The position numbers and the translations under genes are program-made. Under the pieces are notes generated by a model, which did no database searches, had not been told where the DNA came from, and saw only the letters and a list, made by a program, of their open reading frames with translations. Of a stretch of DNA of 64,000 bases, positions 36,285-44,939 are shown in pieces. The DNA comes from Actinomycetota bacterium (GTDB lineage: Bacteria; Actinomycetota; Coriobacteriia; Anaerosomatales; SLCP01), in the NCBI GenBank assembly GCA_037446725.1, contig JBBIIC010000005.1, positions 5,886 to 69,885 of the forward strand, in the 5' to 3' direction. Numbering within the stretch: position 1 is the first letter of the stretch; the number at the start of each line of letters is the position of its first letter.

Positions 36285-38203
36285 CAGATCTCCACCTCCG
36301 ATGCTTTGCGCAGCCACACGCCGCCGACAGCGAGCAGGACCGCGCCCACGATGAGCAGACCGATGCCCATGCTGGTCGTGAAGAGCTGCCCCATGTAGCC
36401 AGGATTGACGAGGAGCAGCAGCCCCATCATGAAGAAGGGCAGGACGAACAGGATGGCCGCCGAGAGCCGCCCTTCAGAGGTGAGCGCCCTGATGTGCCTG
36501 CGCAGTTCGGCACGCTGGCGCATCGTGTTCGCCACGAGGTCGAGGACCTCGGCGAGGTTGCCGCCGACCTCCCGCTGGATCGCGATGGCTGTGACGGTCC
36601 ACCGGAAGTCCTCGCTGTCGAGGCGCTCGGCCATCTTGTCGAGCGCCTCTTCGACCGATAGCCCCAAGCGGGACTCGGCCTGCACGCGCCTGAACTCGTT
36701 CGACGCCGGGTCACCGATCTCCTGGACCACCAGGTCGATCGACTGCTGCACGCCCCACCCGGCTCGAAGCGAGCTCGCCATCATCGAGAGGATGTCGGGC
36801 AGCTGCTCCTCGAACGCATGGCGGCGGCGCGTGATCGCGCTTTCCAGAAGCAGTATCGGCAGGAGGGTGGCGACGATCACGACGAGGAGCGAAAACCACA
36901 AGCTGCCCACGAGCAGCTGGACGATCATGCCTGCGGCGATGACACCGATGAAATGCAGGTACATGTACTCGACCGCGCGGAGCGGCAGGCCGGCGCGCTC
37001 GAGCTTGCGATGCACGAGCGGGGTGAGGCCCCGGCGCCCGGCAACCGCCGCCACCGCCTCGCGGATCACGCCCGTCACCCCTGCCGCCCGTGTCGTCGTC
37101 GTGTCCTCCGCGCCGTGGAGCTGGTCGTAGAAGTGCAGCTCGTTGATGCGCGACGGGGCCGAAGGCATCAGGCTCATCACCGCCCACGCCGCCAGGAATA
37201 CCGCCACGAACGCCAGGAACACCACGAGCGCGGCGAGCGCGGCCGATGCGACAGGTGAAGCAGGCGTGACGCCCTCTCCCTCGCCAGCCGCCTGCTCGAA
37301 GTAGGGGTTGTCTACCACGAAACGGGTCGTGCCCGCCCTCCCGTCGACCGTCGCCGCGACCTCGATGTCGAGGTCGACCGTGTTGGGAGCCGCGCTCGTG
37401 TAGCTCACCTCGTACTGCGTGGTGAGCTCGCGGGCTATGTCGGCGTACAGGCGCTCGAGCTCACCGGAGTCCGCGACGGTCATCAGCCTGCCTCCGGATT
37501 GCGTGGCAAGCGTCGCGAGCACCTCTCTGTCCATCTCGGGCGTCTCAAGTCCGATCGCGTACATCGGCGCTCCGCTCTCACGCAGCCGCGAGACAGCATC
37601 GCTCAGGGTGTTCCCGCTCGCGTTCTCCTCGCCGTCGCACAGCAGGATGAGCACCCGGTCGCGGCCCTCGCGAGCGGCAAGCATCCCCGCCGCGGAGACC
37701 ACGCCGTCGTACAGCGCCGTGTTCCCGGACGCTTCCAGCCGCTCGATGGCGGCGCCAAGCGCCTCAGTGTCCGCCGTGAATCCCGAAACCATCTCGACGT
37801 TCGTGTCGAACGAGACGACCGCGACCTCGTCCCCTTCGGCCAGCGCCCCGACGAACACCATGGCGGCCCGCTTGACGTCCTGAAGCGGCGCGCCCCACAT
37901 GCTGCCGCTCGTGTCGATGAGCAGCACGACGTCCATCGGCGCGCGGGTCGCCGCGAGGGGTGTGGCGGCGATAACGTCGCGCCGCTCGCCGTTCTCGGTG
38001 ATCTCGAACCGCGGTTCGGCGGCTCCACCGATGAGCATGTCGAGCGGGAGCGTCACCGTGAGCGCGACGGTCGGGAACGCCGAGGTGTCCGCCTTCTGCG
38101 CGACAAGCGCCCCTCCCGCCTCGGCGCCTGACGCCGGGGCCGCGCCCGCGGCGAGCATCGCGAACGCGAGTGCGACAAGCACCATCCTCCTACGCGCGCG
38201 CAT
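36284..38203 (-). CDS. tadB: Fusion protein: signal peptide + von Willebrand factor A domain + TadB (T2SS-F) platform domain
   Basis: 639 aa. Signal-like N-terminus [35 protein letters not shown] motif DVVLLIDTSGSM...GNTALYDG...ILLCDGEEN. TM segments, then a C-terminal T2SSF domain (LPDILSMMASSLRAGWGV). Confidence 0.85.
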   Translation of the reverse strand: MRARRRMVLVALAFAMLAAGAAPASGAEAGGALVAQKADTSAFPTVALTVTLPLDMLIGGAAEPRFEITENGERRDVIAATPLAATRAPMDVVLLIDTSGSMWGAPLQDVKRAAMVFVGALAEGDEVAVVSFDTNVEMVSGFTADTEALGAAIERLEASGNTALYDGVVSAAGMLAAREGRDRVLILLCDGEENASGNTLSDAVSRLRESGAPMYAIGLETPEMDREVLATLATQSGGRLMTVADSGELERLYADIARELTTQYEVSYTSAAPNTVDLDIEVAATVDGRAGTTRFVVDNPYFEQAAGEGEGVTPASPVASAALAALVVFLAFVAVFLAAWAVMSLMPSAPSRINELHFYDQLHGAEDTTTTRAAGVTGVIREAVAAVAGRRGLTPLVHRKLERAGLPLRAVEYMYLHFIGVIAAGMIVQLLVGSLWFSLLVVIVATLLPILLLESAITRRRHAFEEQLPDILSMMASSLRAGWGVQQSIDLVVQEIGDPASNEFRRVQAESRLGLSVEEALDKMAERLDSEDFRWTVTAIAIQREVGGNLAEVLDLVANTMRQRAELRRHIRALTSEGRLSAAILFVLPFFMMGLLLLVNPGYMGQLFTTSMGIGLLIVGAVLLAVGGVWLRKASEVEI

Positions 38204-38209
38204 CGGTCC

Positions 38210-39574
38210 TCACCGCCTCGCCGGGGGCTCGTACTCGAAGAGATCGCCCGCCGTGTGGATGCCGAGGTCCTCGAGACGCTGGGTGAACGCCGGCCGGAGT
38301 CCCGTCGCCTTGAGCGTGCCCCTGAACCGTCCGTCCTCGTCCAGGCCCATCGAGTAGTCGTAGTAGAAGATGTCCTGCATGATGACCATGTCGCCTTCCA
38401 TCGCGCCGATCTCGGCGACCTGGATGACCTTGCGCGAGCCGTCCCGAAGCCTGCCCAGGTGCACGATCAGGTCGATCGCCGAGGAGACCTGCTCGCGGAT
38501 CGCTTTGACGGGCAGGTCGAGGCCGGACATGAGCACCATCGTCTCCAGCCGCGCGAGCGCGTCGCGCGGCGAGTTCGCATGGATGGTCGAGAGCGAGCCC
38601 TCATGCCCGGTGTTCATCGCCTGAAGCATGTCGAGGGCCTCGGCGCCTCGCACTTCGCCGACGATTATGCGGTCGGGCCGCATGCGCAGCGAGTTGCGGA
38701 CGAGGTCGCGGATGGTGACCTGCCCCTTGCCCTCGATGTTGGGCGGCCTTGATTCGAGCCGCAAGACGTGCTCCTGGCCGAGGCGCAGCTCCGCGGCGTC
38801 TTCGATCGTGATGATGCGCTCGTCGCCAGGGACGAAGAGCGACATCACGTTGAGAAGCGTAGTCTTGCCCGTACCCGTCCCGCCAGAGATGAGCACGTTG
38901 AGCTTGCCTCGCACGCACGCCTCGAGGAAGATCGCGACATTCGGCGTGAGCGTGCCGAAGTTGATGAGGTCGTCGACGGTGAAGGGGTCCTTCGAGAACT
39001 TGCGGATCGTGAGCATCGGGCCGTTGATGGCGAGCGGGTGAATGACCGCGTTCACGCGCGAGCCGTCGGGCAGGCGCGCGTCGACCATCGGGGATGCCTC
39101 GTCGATGCGGCGGCCGACCTGGGCGACGATCTTGTCGATGATGCGCGCCAGGTGCGCCTCGTCGATGAAGCGGCGGTCGGTCTCGAAGATGCGCCCTTTG
39201 CGCTCGACGTAGATCGTCGCCGGATTGTTGACCATCACCTCGGTGATCTCCGGGTCCTCCAGGTATGCCTGGATAGGCCCGTAGCCGAGGATGTTGTCGA
39301 GCACATCGAGCACAATCTCCCTGCGGTCCGCGGTCGAGAGCGGGGTCGTCTCGCGGTCGAGGAGCTCGTTGAGCTTGTCCTCGATCCTCAGCCGGAAGCC
39401 CGCGTCATCCGCGTCCGCCGTCCCCAGCTCGGTGCCCATCTCCTCGACGAGCAGCTGGTGCAGGTGGCGCTTGACGGCGTCCTTGGTGTTGTACGCGGCC
39501 ACCCTCGACGCGGCGATGTCCTCCGCGCCGACCCCGTGACCCGTCGACCCTATGCGATCTCTAAGCGACATCAC
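38210..39574 (-). CDS. cpaF: Tad pilus secretion ATPase CpaF/TadA
   Basis: 454 aa. Walker A GGTGTGKTT, plus Asp/His boxes typical of T2SS-E ATPases. The start is either ATG 39571 or GTG 39574, with AAGGAGG upstream. Confidence 0.93.
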   Translation of the reverse strand: MMSLRDRIGSTGHGVGAEDIAASRVAAYNTKDAVKRHLHQLLVEEMGTELGTADADDAGFRLRIEDKLNELLDRETTPLSTADRREIVLDVLDNILGYGPIQAYLEDPEITEVMVNNPATIYVERKGRIFETDRRFIDEAHLARIIDKIVAQVGRRIDEASPMVDARLPDGSRVNAVIHPLAINGPMLTIRKFSKDPFTVDDLINFGTLTPNVAIFLEACVRGKLNVLISGGTGTGKTTLLNVMSLFVPGDERIITIEDAAELRLGQEHVLRLESRPPNIEGKGQVTIRDLVRNSLRMRPDRIIVGEVRGAEALDMLQAMNTGHEGSLSTIHANSPRDALARLETMVLMSGLDLPVKAIREQVSSAIDLIVHLGRLRDGSRKVIQVAEIGAMEGDMVIMQDIFYYDYSMGLDEDGRFRGTLKATGLRPAFTQRLEDLGIHTAGDLFEYEPPARR

Positions 39575-40727
39575 TCTTCGCCTCCTTGCGTTGCGCGACG
39601 TGACGCGCGAGTTCGAGCAGGCTCTTGGCCACCGGCGACTTGGGCGCGTCGGTGACGACCGGCATCCCGCGGTTGACCGAGCGGGGAACGAGCCGGTCGC
39701 TCGGGATCTTCGCGACGATGTGACCCTCGACGGCGGCCGCCACCTCCGAGGGCTCGAGCAGAACCTTGCTGTCGGCGCGGTTGAGCACCAGGTTGACGCG
39801 GTTGCGGTCGTAGCCGAGCTGCCGCAACTTCTGCAACGAGATACGTGTGTTCTTCACGCTGGCGACATCCATCGTGGCGATCGCGAGTATGTCGTCGCTC
39901 TTGTCGATCGCTGTCAGCACCGTCTCGTCGAACGCGGCCGGCGTGTCGATGACGACGACGTCGGCGGCGTCTCGAGCGAGCGAGATGATGCGTCCGAGGC
40001 GCGACGCCGTGACCGCCTCGGCGTCCTCCGGCCGCACCGGCGCGAGCAGCACGTCGAGGCCGGACGGATGCCGCGTGAGGAAGCCGCGCAGCATCGAGGT
40101 GTCGAGACGGTCGAATGCCTGGACCGCATCGTAGATGGTCCGCTCGGGCTTGAGCTTGAGCATGATGCCCGTGTCGCCGAACTGCAAGTCGAGGTCGAGC
40201 AGGATCGTCCGTACCCCGAGTCCGGCGAGCGCGACGCCGAGGTTGCTCGCGATGATCGTCTTGCCCACGCCGCCCTTGGTGCTGAAGACCGTGACGACGT
40301 GGCCCCGCCCGTTGCCGTTGGCTGCCGAGCCGACCCCGACCCCAGCCGCCTCCCGCCGCCGCACGACGTCCGCCGACGCGTCGAGCACGGCCGATGCGAC
40401 CTCCCCGAACGTGCTCTCGGCGCCGACGACGTCGCTGAAGCTCGCCTTCATCGCCTGACGCAGGAGTTCCGTGGTGACCTTCGGCACGACGAGCACGGAG
40501 GAGACGGGCGGGACTCGCGACGCGAGCGCGGCCCCAGACTCGAGCGCGCCGTCGAGCGGCATCGACGGGCCGAAGACGATGACGTGCGCGTCGCTCTCCT
40601 CGACCTGCTCGGCGACGCGCCCGAGCGAAGGAGTCACTGCGACCTCGTTGCCGGGCTCGCGGCAGAGCACCTGCTCGAGCTTGGCGCCGAAGTCAGGATC
40701 GCGGTCTACGATGAGGATGGCGCCCAA
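39561..40727 (-). CDS. tadZ: TadZ/CpaE-like pilus localisation ATPase (receiver-like N-domain + MinD/ParA domain)
   Basis: 388 aa. Deviant Walker A STKGGVGKT. The N-terminal ~120 aa are receiver-like. Confidence 0.85.
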   Translation of the reverse strand: MGAILIVDRDPDFGAKLEQVLCREPGNEVAVTPSLGRVAEQVEESDAHVIVFGPSMPLDGALESGAALASRVPPVSSVLVVPKVTTELLRQAMKASFSDVVGAESTFGEVASAVLDASADVVRRREAAGVGVGSAANGNGRGHVVTVFSTKGGVGKTIIASNLGVALAGLGVRTILLDLDLQFGDTGIMLKLKPERTIYDAVQAFDRLDTSMLRGFLTRHPSGLDVLLAPVRPEDAEAVTASRLGRIISLARDAADVVVIDTPAAFDETVLTAIDKSDDILAIATMDVASVKNTRISLQKLRQLGYDRNRVNLVLNRADSKVLLEPSEVAAAVEGHIVAKIPSDRLVPRSVNRGMPVVTDAPKSPVAKSLLELARHVAQRKEAKSDVA

Positions 40728-40739
40728 AGCTGCCGCCCC

Positions 40740-41504
40740 CTATTCGGCGAGGACGGACCGGAGCGTCTGCCCGGTCGTGGCCGCGATCTCGGTCTCGGCA
40801 GAACCGAGCAGCGCGAGCCACACGCTACCCTTCTCCTCGGCGAAGACCAGCCGCTCGACATCGGCGGGCGAGAGCGCTAGCGTGATGGTCGAGGGCGCTT
40901 CTGCCTGTTGCTCCTCGGCGGCTCCACCACCGAGCCTTCCGTCGTCCTCTTCCTGGACCGGCGCGGGCTGCGCGCTCACCATCGCCCCGACCGCGAGCAC
41001 GCGCGCCTTCGGGATGAGCACCTGGGTGAGCGGCTCGCCCTCAGGGCCGGGGTCGAGCGTGACGACGGCCATCACGTGGTCGCCCGGTTTCACGAGCCCC
41101 GCGATACCCTTGACCGCCGTGTTCGGGATGGAGACGGCGACGTAGTCAGCGGGGATGCTGTACGCGAGCCCCGCCTCACTCGGGAACTGGAACCTCACCT
41201 GCGTGATCTGCTCACCGGCGCTCAAGTCCTCCGCGAGGACCTTCCCGGCGATGGTGGATGCCGAGGAAACCGCGCCTTCCGCCACATACCGGCGCGGGAT
41301 GGACTCGATGGCGAGCACCTCGGTCGCGATCAGCTCGTCAGCGAATGCGCCCCGCGCGATGGGCTCTTGCGCCACGAGCACCTCGACCGGCTCGTCCTGC
41401 TCGGCCACGCCCCGCTCTAATGAACTGAGGTACCGGCCGGTCAACACGGCGGCCAACACGCCGAGGAGCACGGCAGCGACGAGGATCACGATTCGCGATC
41501 GCAT
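40740..41504 (-). CDS. cpaB: Flp pilus assembly protein CpaB
   Basis: 254 aa. N-terminal TM anchor, SAF-like region (VEVLVAQEPIARG) and an RcpC-like C-terminus. Confidence 0.86.
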   Translation of the reverse strand: MRSRIVILVAAVLLGVLAAVLTGRYLSSLERGVAEQDEPVEVLVAQEPIARGAFADELIATEVLAIESIPRRYVAEGAVSSASTIAGKVLAEDLSAGEQITQVRFQFPSEAGLAYSIPADYVAVSIPNTAVKGIAGLVKPGDHVMAVVTLDPGPEGEPLTQVLIPKARVLAVGAMVSAQPAPVQEEDDGRLGGGAAEEQQAEAPSTITLALSPADVERLVFAEEKGSVWLALLGSAETEIAATTGQTLRSVLAE

Positions 41505-41528
41505 GGAGGTGTCCTTCCGGTAGGCTGC

Positions 41529-43073
41529 TTACTGCTCTGTCGCCGGCGTCACGAGCCGGTAGGTCTCAAGATACAGGCCGGAGTCGGGGGGCACGTCCTC
41601 GTAGATCTCGGAGGGCAGCACGTGCTCGACGAACCGTCCGGAGATGTCCGCGTCGCCCTGCTGCTGTTCGAGGTAGAACGCCGCGAACGAGACGACCCGA
41701 AGCCTGCTTCTGCCTTGGATCGGCTCGACACGCTCGGTGACCGGGACGTAGACAAGCCTCGATGACGTTCGCGGCATGCCCTGCGCGACCCAGGTGTTGA
41801 AATCCACTCCGGTACGCAGCCGGTCGCGGACGCCTTGACTCGTCGGGCCGGTCATGTTGCCCGGTTCGGTGTCGAGGATCTGACCGAGGTGAATCACGCC
41901 GTCATAGCCGTTCTGCAGGTCATCCCGGTAGGCTGCTCCACCACCGCCCTCGAAGGACACCGGACCGAAGTTGCCGACCTCCGCGTTCCCGTCGAGCTTC
42001 ATGTGGTAGACCTGGCCGAACTCGTAATCGAAGAAGCCGACGGTGATTGCGGTCGAGCCGGCCGATCCGGGCGTGAAGAAGCGATTGCCTAGTTCCAGCG
42101 AACGAATAGGGAATGTCGAGCGGACGGAGTAGACGATCGCCCCGTCGTCGAGGTCCGGCCGTCCTTGCGCGCGGTTGCCCACCCACAGGTCGACGCCGAA
42201 GCTCGTGAACCGCTCACCCGTGCCGGGCGCGGGCACCGTCACGGAGTAGTTGCCTGTTCCGGTACGCCTCGCCCCGTTCAGCTCAAGAGTCGTCTGCCCG
42301 GTCCCGACCACCGTGACGGTGACGCTGTCCGGATCGACCGAGCTCGGCGGGTTGTTGCGCACAACCTCAGGGCTCACGGTAACGGAGCGGAACGGGCTCG
42401 TGGCGGCGATCGCGTGGACGTTCGAGACTCCGCTGAACGTCTCTTTGAAGCCTTGCTCGTTGTACACGTCAAGGTTGACCGAGCGTCTGCCCCCGGCGGT
42501 CATCGCGGGCACCGGCAGGTTGCCGCCCCAGAGCCCGTCGGCACCCTTGGTCAACCACACCCCGCCTGAAGGCGCGCCGTCGAGCCATGCATACACCCGC
42601 GTGACGCGAAGAATCGGTAGCCCGATGGGAATCAACCCCCGCATCCCCGTCACATACGCGACACGCGCTTCCGCGGTGGCCTGGATCGTCGGGTCAGCGG
42701 CCCACATCCGGCCGAAGAAGAGCGGGGAGTCCTTTTCGACGGTCACCCGGACGAAGTTGCCCCCAACCTCCGTGAGGGGCGCGTCCTCGAGCATCAAGAG
42801 CCCATCGGCGGGGCGTTCCGCGTTGCGATCGGCGTAGTCTTCGGCGACCGCCAGCACTCCGGCCTCATCGGCCCCCTCGAGCAGCTCACTCACTCCCGCG
42901 AGAGCGGCCGCGTCCGCAGATGCTTGAAGCTGACGCTTGACGGTGTAGAGATATCCCATGTCGACCGCAAGCGCGGCAACACCGAGGAAGACGATCATCA
43001 GTATCGCGACCGTCACCGCAACGACGCCCTGTTCCTCGCGCAGTTTCGCTCTGTAGGTATCCATCTTGATCAC
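41529..43073 (-). CDS. TadG-like (TadE/G family) pseudopilin-type protein
   Basis: 514 aa. N-terminus EEQGVVAVTVAILMIVFLGVAALAVDMGYLY matches the Tad pilus TadE/G-like N-terminal pattern. Large uncharacterised C-terminal region. Confidence 0.75.
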   Translation of the reverse strand: MIKMDTYRAKLREEQGVVAVTVAILMIVFLGVAALAVDMGYLYTVKRQLQASADAAALAGVSELLEGADEAGVLAVAEDYADRNAERPADGLLMLEDAPLTEVGGNFVRVTVEKDSPLFFGRMWAADPTIQATAEARVAYVTGMRGLIPIGLPILRVTRVYAWLDGAPSGGVWLTKGADGLWGGNLPVPAMTAGGRRSVNLDVYNEQGFKETFSGVSNVHAIAATSPFRSVTVSPEVVRNNPPSSVDPDSVTVTVVGTGQTTLELNGARRTGTGNYSVTVPAPGTGERFTSFGVDLWVGNRAQGRPDLDDGAIVYSVRSTFPIRSLELGNRFFTPGSAGSTAITVGFFDYEFGQVYHMKLDGNAEVGNFGPVSFEGGGGAAYRDDLQNGYDGVIHLGQILDTEPGNMTGPTSQGVRDRLRTGVDFNTWVAQGMPRTSSRLVYVPVTERVEPIQGRSRLRVVSFAAFYLEQQQGDADISGRFVEHVLPSEIYEDVPPDSGLYLETYRLVTPATEQ

Positions 43074-43483
43074 TCGATTCTCTGAGTGGCAGCGCTGCGC
43101 AGAGTGAATGTCGTAGCGTTGCCGACTCCGAAGATGTTCTGCATCAGGGGCGCGAAGAGGGGGGTCGGGTACGTGACCCGCACCGTAGCCGGATCACCAG
43201 GATCTCTTCCGTCCGGCGTCAGCACGACAACTCTGCCCGGAACGCTCAGATCGAGGGAGGGAGCCGCCGCGTCGGCCTTCGCGATTGCCGCGGCGTTGGT
43301 GTGCCCGAGCGCCACCCACCTGACGCCCTCGCGCGCTGCGTGAGTGGTCTCCAACCACTGGAAGAACACGTAACCGAACTGGATGATTCCGAACAGAAGA
43401 AGCACGAGGACAAACGCAACGATGCCGAACTCGACGGCTGCCGCCCCTTCGTCTCTTCTATGTCGGTCAATCAGCCACATCAC
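43070..43483 (-). CDS. tadE: TadE-like minor pilin
   Basis: 137 aa. DEGAAAVEFGIVAFVLVLLLFGIIQFGY is a TadE-type N-terminus. Overlaps the tadG-like start by 4 nt. Confidence 0.8.
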   Translation of the reverse strand: MMWLIDRHRRDEGAAAVEFGIVAFVLVLLLFGIIQFGYVFFQWLETTHAAREGVRWVALGHTNAAAIAKADAAAPSLDLSVPGRVVVLTPDGRDPGDPATVRVTYPTPLFAPLMQNIFGVGNATTFTLRSAATQRIE

Positions 43484-43533
43484 TGCCCCCTCGCAGTGAG
43501 GAGAATTCGCAGTTCACCCTAAGTGTGTATATA

Positions 43534-43558
43534 CCCACCCGAACGGATACCGGGTGGG
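43534..43558 (-). terminator. Stem-loop downstream of flp (attenuator/terminator candidate)
   Basis: Reverse strand reads CCCACCCG-gtatccgtt-CGGGTGGG followed by the A/T-rich tatatacacactt, beginning 11 nt after the flp stop. Confidence 0.4.
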
Positions 43559-43568
43559 GTTCTGAGAG

Positions 43569-43736
43569 CTACGGCCAAGCCTCAATCACGTCGTTGAACA
43601 GCCCGAGGACCTCCACCCCGACCAGTCCCACGACTCCGGCGATGACCGCAGCGATGAGGGAGGCGATGATCGCGTACTCGACGGCAGTGGCACCCTCGTC
43701 CAACCGAGCACATCCAATGGATCTTGGCCGATTCAC
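43569..43736 (-). CDS. flp: Flp-family type IVb pilin (copy 1)
   Basis: Start set to GVG-corrected position GTG 43736 (AGAGAGG 8 nt upstream), giving 55 aa: (M)NRPRSIGCARLDEGATAVEYAIIASLIAAVIAGVV. The G/ATAVEY Flp processing motif is present. Confidence 0.8.
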   Translation of the reverse strand: MNRPRSIGCARLDEGATAVEYAIIASLIAAVIAGVVGLVGVEVLGLFNDVIEAWP

Positions 43737-43847
43737 CGATATCGCCTCTCTCGCTTGTCCGAGGGATTCCACGAATGGGACTCTTCGCGACGAGGGGTCC
43801 CGCGACTGATGCACAGGACCCCTCGGTCGCGTTCAGTACGGAGATTA

Positions 43848-44027
43848 CTACCCGGTGAGCTCATTAAGAACGGTCTGGAAGGCCGCAAGAATCTCCTCAC
43901 CGATCAGGAACACCACAGCCACGATGACCGCAGCGATGGCGGCCACCATGATTCCGTACTCAACCGCCGTTGCACCCTCGTCCCTCACGAACATGTTCTG
44001 GGCGCGGACATACAGCTTCGTAAGCAT
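43848..44027 (-). CDS. flp: Flp-family type IVb pilin (copy 2)
   Basis: Start set to ATG 44027 (GGAGG 9 nt upstream), giving 59 aa: MLTKLYVRAQNMFVRDEGATAVEYGIMVAAIAAVIVAVV. Confidence 0.85.
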   Translation of the reverse strand: MLTKLYVRAQNMFVRDEGATAVEYGIMVAAIAAVIVAVVFLIGEEILAAFQTVLNELTG

Positions 44028-44270
44028 GTGCACACACCTCCCCCCCTGGAGTCGCTGCGCAACTCCGGAGTCCGCCGCATCCCTCCGATCCTCGCGAGAG
44101 ACTCCGGAGCGCGGCGGCTAGACAATCCCTCACTCCGAATCATGCCCTCGAAGCACGGGCGAGACCATCGTGCGTAGGTACGCATTGAGCGCCCGAAGGT
44201 AGGACGTGGACTCATACCAACGGGTGATGCACTGGGCGGTCGGATGTGGTAGGAACCCGGGTTCCCCGCG

Positions 44271-44927
44271 CTACTCCCCGCTCATCGACACGATGCCGAG
44301 ACGGACGGCCGTGAGCACCGCCTGCGTGCGGTCGGCCTGGTTCAGTTTGCGCAGGATGTGACTCACGTGAGTCTTGACGGTGGTCTCCCCGATCCACAGC
44401 GCCCGGCCGATCTCCTTGTTGCTGAACCCCTTCGCCATCAGACGGAGGACCTCCATCTCGCGCTCTGAGAGCGAGTCGCGAAGAGCGGCAGCCTCTGCAC
44501 CGACCTCGGCACCCGACCTGCCCGCGATGATGCGCTGAGCGATGGCGTTGTCGAAGATGGCCTGGCCATCGGCAACGGAACGAACCGCGGCGGCGATGTT
44601 GTCGGGACGGGCGTCCTTCAGCAAGTAGCCGGACGCTCCGGCAGCGAGCACACCGAACAGCTCCTCGTCGTCGTCATAGCTCGTGAGGATGAGGACCCGC
44701 GTGTCGTCGCACGCCTCTCTCACGCGGCGGCAGACCTCGGCGCCGCCGATACCCGGCATCCGCATGTCGAGCAGCAGCACGTCCGGCTGCGTTTCGATGA
44801 CGGCGGCGACGGCCGCCTCACCGTTGTCAGCCTCACCGACCAGCTCGAGATCCGGCTCGCCTTCCAGGAGAGACCGCAGCGCGAACCGCACGAGCTCGTG
44901 ATCGTCGGCGATGAAGACCCGAATCAC
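44271..44927 (-). CDS. NarL/LuxR-family response regulator
   Basis: 218 aa. Receiver domain (IRVFIADDHELV...DVLLLDMRMPG) plus LuxR HTH (LSEREMEVLRLMAKGFSNKEIG). Confidence 0.92.
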   Translation of the reverse strand: MIRVFIADDHELVRFALRSLLEGEPDLELVGEADNGEAAVAAVIETQPDVLLLDMRMPGIGGAEVCRRVREACDDTRVLILTSYDDDEELFGVLAAGASGYLLKDARPDNIAAAVRSVADGQAIFDNAIAQRIIAGRSGAEVGAEAAALRDSLSEREMEVLRLMAKGFSNKEIGRALWIGETTVKTHVSHILRKLNQADRTQAVLTAVRLGIVSMSGE

Positions 44928-44939
44928 AGATAACGCCTC

